A stretch of 64,000 nucleotides of DNA, from positions 1 through 64,000 of the IMG/VR virus record IMGVR_UViG_3300042691_037543; one strand, written 5' to 3'. The stretch is from a virus. A program made the translations under genes and the position numbers. Positions 1-8,306 of the stretch are shown here, piece by piece (within the stretch, counting starts at the first letter, position 1; the number at the start of each line of letters is the position of its first letter). The notes below the pieces were generated by a model, which ran no database searches, was not told where the DNA came from, and worked only from the letters and a program-made list of their open reading frames with translations.

Positions 1-19
1 GGGCGCTCTGAAACCCTGA

Positions 20-132
20 ACGAGCTAGTCATGTTTAAGAAAGGGCGACTGACTAGTGCGTACTGCGTTTCGATATCGTGCACGAGCTAGTCAGCGTTTC
101 GATATCGTGACTGACTAGTGCGTACTGCGTTT
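20..132. repeat. Nested direct repeats (62-bp period)
   Basis: ACGAGCTAGTCA at 20-31 and 82-93; GACTGACTAGTGCGTACTGCGTTT at 47-70 and 109-132; GCGTTTCGATATCGTG at 65-80 and 94-109. Confidence 0.9.
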
Positions 133-206
133 GGGGTATGGGCTCGGCACGAAGGCTGCTCTGACAGGCTCCCTAGAGCTCTGAGCAGAAAACCCTCTGA
201 ACCCTC

Positions 207-234
207 TTGCGTTCTCTTTAAGAATGGGTATTGT
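207..234 (+). promoter_or_regulatory. Putative sigma70-type early promoter
   Basis: TTGCGT (207-212), 16-nt spacer, TATTGT (229-234) in an AT-richer patch upstream of the first ORF. Confidence 0.4.
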
Positions 235-417
235 GTTGGGGCCTCGACGAACCGGCCCCCGCAAGGGGGCCCTGACGCGCCTAGGGCGCGAAACGCGAGG
301 CGCGACAGTCACAACATACTTCCCCCGCTGCGGCGGGGGCCTTTTCGCGTTCTAGGACTAGGCGCGAAACTGGGGAAGGGTGCGTCTTGTGTGCGCACCC
401 TGGAAAAGGATCGAACG

Positions 418-597
418 ATGAACGCCAAGGGTCTTATCAAGTCGGTTGCCCGCGTGTACGCCATCACGTCGCCGATCGCGGTCAGTTCGATGATCGTCGG
501 GTTTGGCGTAGGGTTCGTCGCGGGTACCCTCGCGAACCCTACGCACGGGTTCACCCGCGCCAACCCCTTCGCGAAGGGGGCCGGCGCCGCCAAGTAG
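418..597 (+). CDS. Small early membrane protein (59 aa)
   Basis: GGAAAAGGA RBS before ATG418; one hydrophobic Gly-rich segment (IAVSSMIVGFGVGFVAGTLA). Confidence 0.75.
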   Translation: MNAKGLIKSVARVYAITSPIAVSSMIVGFGVGFVAGTLANPTHGFTRANPFAKGAGAAK

Positions 598-781
598 CTC
601 CCTCGCGCCCCCTTCTCGAAGGGCCCCCTTCTCTACATCCTACGTCACCCCTAGCTAGGCATCGCGCCTAGCTTCTCTATACGCGTGCGATGCGTGTAGG
701 GTCGCCGGTACCCTCCCCCGGCAGAGCTCTTTTACAACTAGACGCGCGCGCCTACCCCTGGCGCCTCTCATGCTCGCGAGC

Positions 782-797
782 TGTTTCACGTGAAACA
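782..797. promoter_or_regulatory. parS: parS site 1
   Basis: Exact 16-bp palindrome TGTTTCACGTGAAACA, the chromosomal parS consensus; intergenic. Confidence 0.9.
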
Positions 798-925
798 GAC
801 TCCCGCGGCAAGAGGGTATGCCCAGGATGCAAGGTACCCGCGTGCGTCGCCTCTGCCAATACCCCCACCGGGCCCATTGAACCCGGTGGGGTCGATACCG
901 CGATGCCTCGCAGTACCTACCGCCG

Positions 926-941
926 TGTTTCACGTGAAACA
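926..941. promoter_or_regulatory. parS: parS site 2
   Basis: Second exact TGTTTCACGTGAAACA, nested in a longer inverted repeat (ACCTACCGCCGT 915-926 / ACGGCGGTAGGT 945-956). Confidence 0.9.
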
Positions 942-1027
942 GCTACGGCGGTAGGTTCTACGGTGCACCGCACCGTGTCTCGAAACCCGCGCCGCGATTC
1001 ACCGCGGCACTTGAAAGGAATTGCATC

Positions 1028-1933
1028 ATGGCCAAGTCCAACCGCCGCGCCCCCCGTACCACCATCCTTGCCACCATCGCGGATAGCGACACCGCCCCGG
1101 CCGACGAGGCCACCGTGCTCGACACCGCCCACGAGATTGCCGCGGACGCCGCGCACGAGCTCGCGGCCGACACCGCCGCCGAGTACACCGACACCGCGCC
1201 CGCGGTCACCGACCCCCACGGCGCGGCCGTGGCCTTTCTGGCCGCGTTCGACCCGGCGCGGTTGCCGCCGGGTATGCACGCGAAGTTCCTGTCCAGAGGG
1301 AACGTGACCCGTATGGGTCGCGTGGCTCTCGCGGCGGCCGGGGTCGAGCTGGACGGCCCGACGCACCGGGCATACAACGAGCTCCGTTCGGGATTCTGGT
1401 CCCGAATGGGCGGAACCCTCCCGCGGCGCGAAGGGGGCACGCCCCGTGCGCCCCGCACGGCCGGCGGTGCCCGCGGCGGGAACCGCGCCGCGCGCATCGC
1501 GGTGTTCGCGGCGAAGATTGCCGCGGCGTCGAAGAAGCTGGCCGGCATCCTCGCCACGGTTCCCGCGGGCGCCGCGCCCTTGGGTGATGGGCCCGAGTCA
1601 CTGGCCGCGGTGGCCGACATCACGGCGGGTGCCTTCGCTACCGTGGCCGCCGCGGTTGCCGGCCGCGCAGGGACGAACCCGGCCGGGTTCGAGGCGCCGC
1701 GAGTCGCTACGCCGGCCGTGGCGCCGGTTCCCCTCACCGCGGGAGGGTTCGCGGTGCTTACGCCCGCCGGACGGCGGTCCGCCGTCGAAGGGGGGTTGAT
1801 TGACGAAAACGACGCAGGCGAAAAGCTCACCATCCTGGCGTTGCCGGATGGTGGCAAGGTAGCCACCGTTCGCACGGCGAGCGGTGACCGCACTCGCATC
1901 GCGACGCGGTTTCTCGTCGGTGTGGCTGTGTAG
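1028..1933 (+). CDS. Early hypothetical protein, Ala-rich with acidic N-terminus and basic centre (301 aa)
   Basis: GAAAGGAA RBS, GC-rich third codon positions, followed by a hairpin at about 1946-1980. Confidence 0.8.
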   Translation: MAKSNRRAPRTTILATIADSDTAPADEATVLDTAHEIAADAAHELAADTAAEYTDTAPAVTDPHGAAVAFLAAFDPARLPPGMHAKFLSRGNVTRMGRVALAAAGVELDGPTHRAYNELRSGFWSRMGGTLPRREGGTPRAPRTAGGARGGNRAARIAVFAAKIAAASKKLAGILATVPAGAAPLGDGPESLAAVADITAGAFATVAAAVAGRAGTNPAGFEAPRVATPAVAPVPLTAGGFAVLTPAGRRSAVEGGLIDENDAGEKLTILALPDGGKVATVRTASGDRTRIATRFLVGVAV

Positions 1934-2051
1934 TTCCGTCACCTAGCACCGGGGCGCCTTACCGCGCGCCGCCCCGGTGCACACTCCCGCGCGGTCGTTT
2001 GTGCATATTCGTTTAATGTTTGGTTTTAGACCGTCTCGAACCCTCTAGACG

Positions 2052-2075
2052 GTTTGCATAAGAGATTATGCAAAC
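2052..2075. promoter_or_regulatory. Operator-like inverted repeat
   Basis: GTTTGCATAA-GAGA-TTATGCAAAC, perfect 10-bp AT-rich arms upstream of ORF 2145. Confidence 0.6.
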
Positions 2076-2144
2076 ATCGGCCGGCGCACGGTACCCACAC
2101 GGCCGTTACCTACCCCGCACCGGGTACCTGGAAAGGGAATTGTC

Positions 2145-2477
2145 ATGGATAAGAGCTTGAACCGACTTGCCCGCGAGAAGTTCGAGACTGCGCACGCGGC
2201 CGCGTGCGCCGCAGCGGCGGCCCGCGGGCCCGCACTCGCAGAGATGTCGGCAGTGTGCGGAGCTCCGGGTGACTACCCGGAGCTGCTCAATGGCCGTATC
2301 GCGGCCTACGCCGACGCGGCCCGCGCCGCCGCGGAAGCTGGCCTCGCGTTCGACGCGGTAGGGTCTACGCCGGGCGTAGACCCGGCGGCCTACTTCGCCG
2401 GGGCGCGGGCCCTCGCGGCGCCCGACGACCGCGAGCGACTCGAACGCGCGCAACGCGCGTTCGACGCGGTTTGCTAA
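2145..2477 (+). CDS. Early hypothetical protein (110 aa)
   Basis: GGAAAGGGAA RBS; followed by hairpin GCCAGGGCCC-TCGC-GGGCCCTGGC. Confidence 0.8.
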   Translation: MDKSLNRLAREKFETAHAAACAAAAARGPALAEMSAVCGAPGDYPELLNGRIAAYADAARAAAEAGLAFDAVGSTPGVDPAAYFAGARALAAPDDRERLERAQRAFDAVC

Positions 2478-2629
2478 CCGGCCAGGGCCCTCGCGGGCCC
2501 TGGCATCATGCGCCGCATATCGGTGCGTCCACCGTCCTAGCTAGACGGTACGCGCGGCGCGGGAAACCCGTACCCTCGTGCATGGTGCACGAGCAGCCGG
2601 GGAGCCAAACCAGGAAAAGGAATTGAGCC

Positions 2630-3025
2630 ATGAACAAGCACGAAGCCCGCGCCGTAGCTGAAACCGTTACGAGGGGGGTGTGCGTTCTGTTTGTAGGCTG
2701 GGATAGTGGTGGGCGGTACACCATCGGCGTCGAGCAGGGGGAGGAGTATTACGGCTTTAGCTGGGATGCTCCAAGTGCGAACATCCGTGGCGCTGCCACG
2801 GAAGCACTTTTCCGCAAGTGCCCGGGGGCCCGCCCCGTGGAAACGCTCAGTTTCACATCGGCGGCCCTGCGCGGCACCGTCACGCGCGGGGAAGCCAAGT
2901 ATATCCTGCGCGCCGAGTGCGGCGCGCTGCGAGCCTGGGAACGAACGGCACGGCTCGAAGTGCAGTGCCGGCGAGAGCGAAACGACGAAGTCACCGCGCG
3001 GGCGCGTGCGTTTCTCGCCGCGTAG
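2630..3025 (+). CDS. Early hypothetical protein (131 aa)
   Basis: GGAAAAGGAA RBS before ATG2630. Confidence 0.8.
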   Translation: MNKHEARAVAETVTRGVCVLFVGWDSGGRYTIGVEQGEEYYGFSWDAPSANIRGAATEALFRKCPGARPVETLSFTSAALRGTVTRGEAKYILRAECGALRAWERTARLEVQCRRERNDEVTARARAFLAA

Positions 3026-3143
3026 CACCGCGAACAGCCCCCGCGTGATGGGGCTGGCACTGCGCGCCCATAGTGGGCGCGTGGCCCGCGGCTGCACGGA
3101 TGCCGCAAGAGCGCAGGGAATGCGCCAGAAAGGGATGTCGATT

Positions 3144-3716
3144 GTGCTGATCCGTGTAAACACCGTGCCCGTGCTCGACGAAGACGGGGCAACCCGTCAC
3201 GTCCCGCACGGGACGATTGTAAGCTACCGGCGGCAGCCGGTAGCCATTGAGACGGTGCCGGTTGACGGCACCGTCTCGATCGACACGCCCACCGGGCGTG
3301 TTACCGCGTGGGTCGAGCCGGCCTACGCGGCGCGTCGCGGGCGCCCTTCCGTCGCGACGAGCGACGTGTCGGGCCCGCGTGCGGAGTACCGCACCGCGGC
3401 CCCCACGGTGGCGCACGCACGCACCATTGCGGCGTGCGACCGCACCCCAAACCGGGGCACCGCGCACATTGCGCTGGTGCCTGTTGCCCGCGGCAGCGCC
3501 GCGGGCACGGCTCGGGTCACCTTTTCATGGCTCGACCCGAGCCTGTCTCCCGCGCGCAGGTCTAAGCTGGCGCGCATGGTTTTCGAGCTCGCGGGGCTCG
3601 AAAACCCGTCGTCGGATGGTGCTTGGATCGTCCGTGACTTGGACACCGCACACCGCGAGCTTGTCGCGGTGTGCGCTCAGCTGGGGATCATGCCGGCGGT
3701 CAACCGCGTGGCGTGA
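3144..3716 (+). CDS. Early hypothetical protein (about 190 aa)
   Basis: GAAAGGGA RBS; GTG3144 (or ATG3135) within track ORF 2706..3716. Confidence 0.7.
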   Translation: MLIRVNTVPVLDEDGATRHVPHGTIVSYRRQPVAIETVPVDGTVSIDTPTGRVTAWVEPAYAARRGRPSVATSDVSGPRAEYRTAAPTVAHARTIAACDRTPNRGTAHIALVPVARGSAAGTARVTFSWLDPSLSPARRSKLARMVFELAGLENPSSDGAWIVRDLDTAHRELVAVCAQLGIMPAVNRVA

Positions 3717-3727
3717 TTCACGGCATA

Positions 3728-4237
3728 GCCGAACCCGAGCGAAGCGAGGGTGAGGCAAGCACCCCCACCCGGAATTCATCTAAGACTTTCCGGCTGGGGG
3801 GAGCGGGGGGTTTCCAAAGGGGGGTATGCGGGGGGCGACGGCGAGCGAAGCGAGCCCGCCCCCCTATATCCCCCCTTTGGGCTGAGTGCGCGAAGCGCAC
3901 CATGCACGGGCACCGCGGCGAGCGAAGCGAGCCCGTGCCCGTGCATCCTCGGCGAAGCCGAGGGCTCGATTGTCATGGTTTGGTCATAGTTCAGTCATTT
4001 CCTCACCATCGTTCACTTTTTCCCTTGGCAGATCGTGCGGTTTCTCTTAAAACGGGGGGTAGGGGGGAGCCGGACACCAGACCCCGGCTTCGCCGGGGGG
4101 TGAGAGGGCTTCGCCCTCTCACCGGGCGGCTTCGCCGCCCAATGCGAGGGGGGGCTGCTGCGCACCCCCCCTCCACCCCCCCGCTGTTCAGACTCCAGAT
4201 TCAGACCATAGGGAATGTAGCTTCGCTACATTCCCTA
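3728..4237. other. Cluster of GCGAAGC mini-hairpins on opposite strands; candidate replication/priming origin
   Basis: GCGAAGC at 3739, 3845, 3890, 3922, 3952; GCTTCGC at 4087, 4108, 4129, 4220; each at the tip of a stem; AT-richer core about 3965-4052. Confidence 0.65.
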
Positions 4238-4307
4238 TACACGGAAGCCCGGGATGCGCTCAGGCTTCTTAAACGAACGGTATTAAACGAAAAGAATAGG
4301 TGGGTCA

Positions 4308-5492
4308 ATGGACGTGCTCGAAGTGCTCAAGGTTGCCTACTTCGCGCGGGGTGGGTCCTACGGTGACGGGCTGCCGTTGCTGTTTTGGGGCCTCCCCGGC
4401 CCCGGAAAGACCGCGATCATCGAGCAGTTCGCTCGGTCGCTCGGGGTGCACTGCGAGGTGCTCTCCCCCGGCGAGCGCGGGGAGGGTGCCTTTGGGTGCG
4501 TGCCCGTGCCCGTGGGGAAGGCGAAGGATACGCGCATCGCGTACCCGCCGCCTTGGTGGCTGGATGACTTCAACGACAGGCCGGGCTCCATCCTCTTCGT
4601 GGATGAGCTGTCGTCGGCGCCCCCCGCGTTGCACCCGCCGCTGCTCGGTCTGATTCAGGCCAAGCGCATCGGCGGGAGCGAGCTCCCGCGCACGACGAGG
4701 GTTTTCGCAGCTGCGAACCCCCCGGAGTGCGCGGCGGGGGGCTTCGACCTCGCGCCCCCGGTGGCGAACCGGCTCGGCCACATCCAGTGGCCGATGCCCA
4801 CTGCTGAGCAGTGGGCCGACTACATGATCGGCGGCGCTTCGGGCGTGCGCCGCCCCATCGACGTGGCAGCCGCCACGTCGCTCGTGGAATCGGGCTGGGA
4901 CGCCGCGTTCGCGGCGGCGTCCGCGCTAACCAGCGCGTTCGCCCGAGCGAACCCCGGCATCCTGCACAGGATGCCGACGGAAGGGAGTGCCGCGAAGGCG
5001 TGGCCCTCCCACCGAACCTGGGAGCTCGCCACGCGAGCTCTCGCATCGGCCCGGCTGCACCGGGCCAGCGAAGAGACGAGCATCACGCTCGTCTCGGCCT
5101 TCGTTGGCGATGGCGCCGCCAGCGAGTTCCTGACGTGGGCGGCGCGTCAAGACCTCCCCGACGCTGGGGAGTTGTTGGATGGTCGTGCGACGTTCAAGCA
5201 CGACCCGACACGGGCCGACCGCACGCATGTGGTCGCGTCGGCCCTCGCGGCGACGCTCATCAGTGAGCGCGCCGACAAGGCGCGCTTCTCCGCGCGCGCC
5301 GAAAAGATGTGGGCGATCTTCGACGGCTTGGCCGTCGAAGGTGTGGACTTGATCTACGGTGCCGCGCGAGCGGCGCTCCTGGCCGCCAAGAACGGCCACC
5401 CGCTCGCGCCCGCGCTTACGACGGGCACGGCTTGGATTCGGGTGATGACCCGAATCAAACCGGCCCTCGCGGCGGCGGGCATCACCCCGTAG
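4308..5492 (+). CDS. MoxR-like AAA+ ATPase
   Basis: Walker A GLPGPGKT, Walker B ILFVDE, sensor AAANP, Arg finger PVANRL, PSHRTWE motif. Confidence 0.9.
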   Translation: MDVLEVLKVAYFARGGSYGDGLPLLFWGLPGPGKTAIIEQFARSLGVHCEVLSPGERGEGAFGCVPVPVGKAKDTRIAYPPPWWLDDFNDRPGSILFVDELSSAPPALHPPLLGLIQAKRIGGSELPRTTRVFAAANPPECAAGGFDLAPPVANRLGHIQWPMPTAEQWADYMIGGASGVRRPIDVAAATSLVESGWDAAFAAASALTSAFARANPGILHRMPTEGSAAKAWPSHRTWELATRALASARLHRASEETSITLVSAFVGDGAASEFLTWAARQDLPDAGELLDGRATFKHDPTRADRTHVVASALAATLISERADKARFSARAEKMWAIFDGLAVEGVDLIYGAARAALLAAKNGHPLAPALTTGTAWIRVMTRIKPALAAAGITP

Positions 5493-5560
5493 CCTTCACG
5501 GTAGGGCATCGGCTTCGGTCGGTGCCTCTCCGCGAGCGCTGCGCTCGGGAAAGGAATCGA

Positions 5561-6889
5561 ATGGTCTGGAATGCGAAAAGCCCCAAGAACCTCGGGGCGA
5601 AGGAAAAGCTGACCGCAGCCAAGATCACGGTAGTTCACAAACTACCGTATCTGGCCCAGGCGGTCAGCGCACTCGTACTGCGCGAAGTGCCGCGCAGTAC
5701 GCTGAACACGATGGCCGTGTCTCCCAACGGAGTGCTCCGTTGGGATGCGGCCGATATTGACGAACTGACCGTCGAACAGACGGCAGCCTCGCTCGTTCAC
5801 GAGGTGTTTCACCTCTTGAACGAGCACCATCCCCGACGCCATGCGTCGGGGATTCTCGACAGCGACGCGGCGTTGTGGAACGTCGCGGCGGACTGCGAGA
5901 TCAACGACAATCTCGCGGCTACGGGGATCGACATGTTCAGCATGGTGACCCCGACGAGCATGGGTCAGCCCGATGGGTTGACCGCAGAAATGTACTACGC
6001 CGCTCTCAAAAAGAGCGGCCAGGGCACGCCGCAGCCCAAGCAAGGCGGCCAGAGCCAGGGCCAAGGCCAGAGTCAGCCGAAAGCCGGCAACGCCCCCAAC
6101 AAGTGCGGCGGCAAGTGCGGCAGCGGCAAGTGCGGGGGTGGGGCCGGTGGTGAGCCGGCCGACGGCGAAGCCGGCGACAAGCCGGGCAGTGGTAGCGGCG
6201 CCGAGGGGCGTTCTGCGGGCGACATGAAAGCCGTGGCCGTCGCCACGGCAGCCGCAATGCAGGAAGCCGCGGCCAAACAGAAGGGGAGCGTACCCGGCGG
6301 ATGGGCGCGCTGGGCGGGCGACATGCTCGCGCCCCCCAAAGTGCGATGGCAAGACAAGCTTCGCGCGAAGGTGCGCAGCGCGGTCAACCATGCGGCCGGC
6401 ATGGTTGATAAGACCTACAAACGTCCAAACCGCCGACAGGCGGGGCTCGGCTACGGGGCCGGCGCCCCCGTTCTCGCGGGCTGGCACGCGCCACAGCCCC
6501 GCGTGATGGTCGCACTGGACACGTCCGGGTCGATGGGCTCGGGCGACTTCGAGCTCGCCATGAACGAGCTCGAAGGCATCCTCAAGGCGATGCCTGGGCG
6601 CGTCGTAGACTTCGTGGCGTGCGACGCCCAGGTGCACGCTGCGGTGCCCGTTCGCTCGTGGCGTGAGGCGAAAGCCTCGCTCCGCGGCGGCGGGGGTACA
6701 TCCTTCGAGCCCGTGATGGAACACATCACGGGGCTACCGGCCGCAAAGCGGCCGCACGTTCTCGTCGTAGCCACCGATGGCTACGGCGACGACCCCCCGA
6801 TCCCCCGCGACGTGCGGGTGATCTGGCTCGTCACGAGAGGCAACTACTGCTCTGCGAAGAGCGGAGAGCATGTCTACCTCGACGGGTGA
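5561..6889 (+). CDS. DUF2201-like protein: N-terminal HEXXH metallopeptidase plus C-terminal vWA domain
   Basis: HEVFH...WNVAADCEIN; Gly/Gln linker; MIDAS DTSGSM, GGGTSF, VATDG; RBS GGAAAGGAA before ATG5561. Confidence 0.88.
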   Translation: MVWNAKSPKNLGAKEKLTAAKITVVHKLPYLAQAVSALVLREVPRSTLNTMAVSPNGVLRWDAADIDELTVEQTAASLVHEVFHLLNEHHPRRHASGILDSDAALWNVAADCEINDNLAATGIDMFSMVTPTSMGQPDGLTAEMYYAALKKSGQGTPQPKQGGQSQGQGQSQPKAGNAPNKCGGKCGSGKCGGGAGGEPADGEAGDKPGSGSGAEGRSAGDMKAVAVATAAAMQEAAAKQKGSVPGGWARWAGDMLAPPKVRWQDKLRAKVRSAVNHAAGMVDKTYKRPNRRQAGLGYGAGAPVLAGWHAPQPRVMVALDTSGSMGSGDFELAMNELEGILKAMPGRVVDFVACDAQVHAAVPVRSWREAKASLRGGGGTSFEPVMEHITGLPAAKRPHVLVVATDGYGDDPPIPRDVRVIWLVTRGNYCSAKSGEHVYLDG

Positions 6890-7358
6890 CGCGATCATCG
6901 CGCGCGTGCACCTGCTCGGTGCGATGCACTCCGTGACGCACCGCACGCTCCCGTGCGCGTGCGTCGAAGAGTTCGCGTACACCGACAAGCAGATCGCAGC
7001 TCGGGTACCTGTGCGGTACACGAGCTTCAACGCTCAATGCCCGCTCGCGGGGCAAGACCACCGCAGCGGGTGGTTCGGCGTTGGCCACAGCGCGAACCGC
7101 TGGTCAGCGCGCCGTGTTCTGAACGACAACGTAGGCTCGCTCGCGGTGGTACTGACGCCTACGGATATCTTCGTAGGGTGGCCGCACGTCAAGAACACCA
7201 GCTCGCGTGACCCTGTCTTGTACAGGGTGTTCACCGACATGCTCCCCGGTGCGAGCAGATTTGGTGGATACGCGGACAACATCGAAGCACCGACGAAAAG
7301 ATTGCTGCGCGACGCGCTCGATGCGCGCATCGACGCGGCGTTAGTGGCTTGTCTGTAA
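6870..7358 (+). CDS. Hypothetical protein (162 aa)
   Basis: GGAGAG RBS; overlaps the end of the vWA gene; fills the gap to the next gene. Confidence 0.7.
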   Translation: MSTSTGDAIIARVHLLGAMHSVTHRTLPCACVEEFAYTDKQIAARVPVRYTSFNAQCPLAGQDHRSGWFGVGHSANRWSARRVLNDNVGSLAVVLTPTDIFVGWPHVKNTSSRDPVLYRVFTDMLPGASRFGGYADNIEAPTKRLLRDALDARIDAALVACL

Positions 7359-7373
7359 GAAAAGAGGAATCAC

Positions 7374-8243
7374 ATGGAAAAGCTGACGATCGTAGACGGT
7401 GGGGCGACCACGGGCGTTGTGACCTACTGGCAGCTGGCGGGGCGCACGGAGCGCACACGCCTGGAAGCGGCCTGGATGAAGGCCGGCCTGGACATGGCGG
7501 CGCTGCCGCCCGTCACTACGCCCCGCACGGCGCTCCAACGCGCGCTCGCAGAGTTTGCGGACAAAGATACGCTGGTCCGGCCGTCCGAGGATCCACACAC
7601 CTTCGCGGTGCTCAAGCGGGAGAAGGACTCCCGAGGAAAGCCCGTCTTCGTCACGCAGTGGGAGGCGCGGCTGGCGTCTCCCGACACCGACGACCCCGTC
7701 TGCGTGCTCCCCGACGGGGCGGATGTCTCCGAGGAAACCGCGGAGACGGTCGTGCTCGCGTTCCGCCGCGAGCTGCGCACGATCCACCACCACGACATCT
7801 CGTCGTGGCTGGTGGAGTGGGCTCGCCGCTGCCACGCCGTTTCGCTCCGAGACTCGGGCGGCTTCTACTACATCCCCAACACGCACGCGGCGACATGGCG
7901 TGCTGTCGGCGACGCGCTGGGCAGCGCATCGCGATCGAAGGTCTACGAGATCGCTGCGATGGCTGGCGACAAGGCGGCGGAAGCCGTACTCGACGCGCTG
8001 ACGCGCGAAGTACGCACCGTCGTCGAGGGCATCGACGAGAAGCTGGGCGACGTAGGCGTCCGCGCCCTCAAGGGTCGCGAGCGAGAGCTCGCAGCCTACG
8101 AGGCCAAGGTTGCCTCGTTCGAGTCGGCCCTCGGGGTGAAGCTCGATGCGCTCCGCGGGCAGCTCACCGAGCTCGGTGGCCGTGTGGCTGTGGCGGTGAT
8201 GGCCGCCGAAGCCAACACCGGGTTCAGCGGCCTGGGTCTGTAG
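7374..8243 (+). CDS. Hypothetical protein, DUF3150/DUF6744-like, with C-terminal coiled coil
   Basis: AGAGGAA RBS; SLRDSGGFYYIP motif recalled from this family, which often accompanies AAA+/vWA modules. Confidence 0.6.
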   Translation: MEKLTIVDGGATTGVVTYWQLAGRTERTRLEAAWMKAGLDMAALPPVTTPRTALQRALAEFADKDTLVRPSEDPHTFAVLKREKDSRGKPVFVTQWEARLASPDTDDPVCVLPDGADVSEETAETVVLAFRRELRTIHHHDISSWLVEWARRCHAVSLRDSGGFYYIPNTHAATWRAVGDALGSASRSKVYEIAAMAGDKAAEAVLDALTREVRTVVEGIDEKLGDVGVRALKGRERELAAYEAKVASFESALGVKLDALRGQLTELGGRVAVAVMAAEANTGFSGLGL

Positions 8244-8246
8244 CAT

Positions 8247-8279
8247 CGGGGTGCCCTATGGCACCCCGGCTTCTCTTTT
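8247..8279 (+). terminator. Rho-independent terminator
   Basis: CGGGGTGCC-CTAT-GGCACCCCG followed by TTCTCTTTT. Confidence 0.8.
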
Positions 8280-8306
8280 AGACTTCTGAATATCCAAGGA
8301 GATCAC

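Noticed and set aside
20-132. CRISPR or TIGR-like guide array
   Set aside because: Only two copies of each unit, no repeat-spacer periodicity, and no Cas or Nop-domain gene seen.
241-301. Canonical hammerhead ribozyme
   Set aside because: Core reads CUGAC-stem rather than CUGANGA-stem, and there is no UH cleavage triplet pairing with GAAAC; kept only as a structured-leader finding.
655-1307. ORFs 655..933 (-) and 690..1307 (+) containing VSRET / FHVKQ peptides
   Set aside because: These peptides are translations of the parS palindrome; no RBS, and 690..1307 overlaps the better-supported 1028 gene.
3671-4366. 231-aa ORF across the hairpin cluster
   Set aside because: No RBS, Arg/Pro/Gly-rich translation typical of GC hairpins, and it overlaps two better genes.
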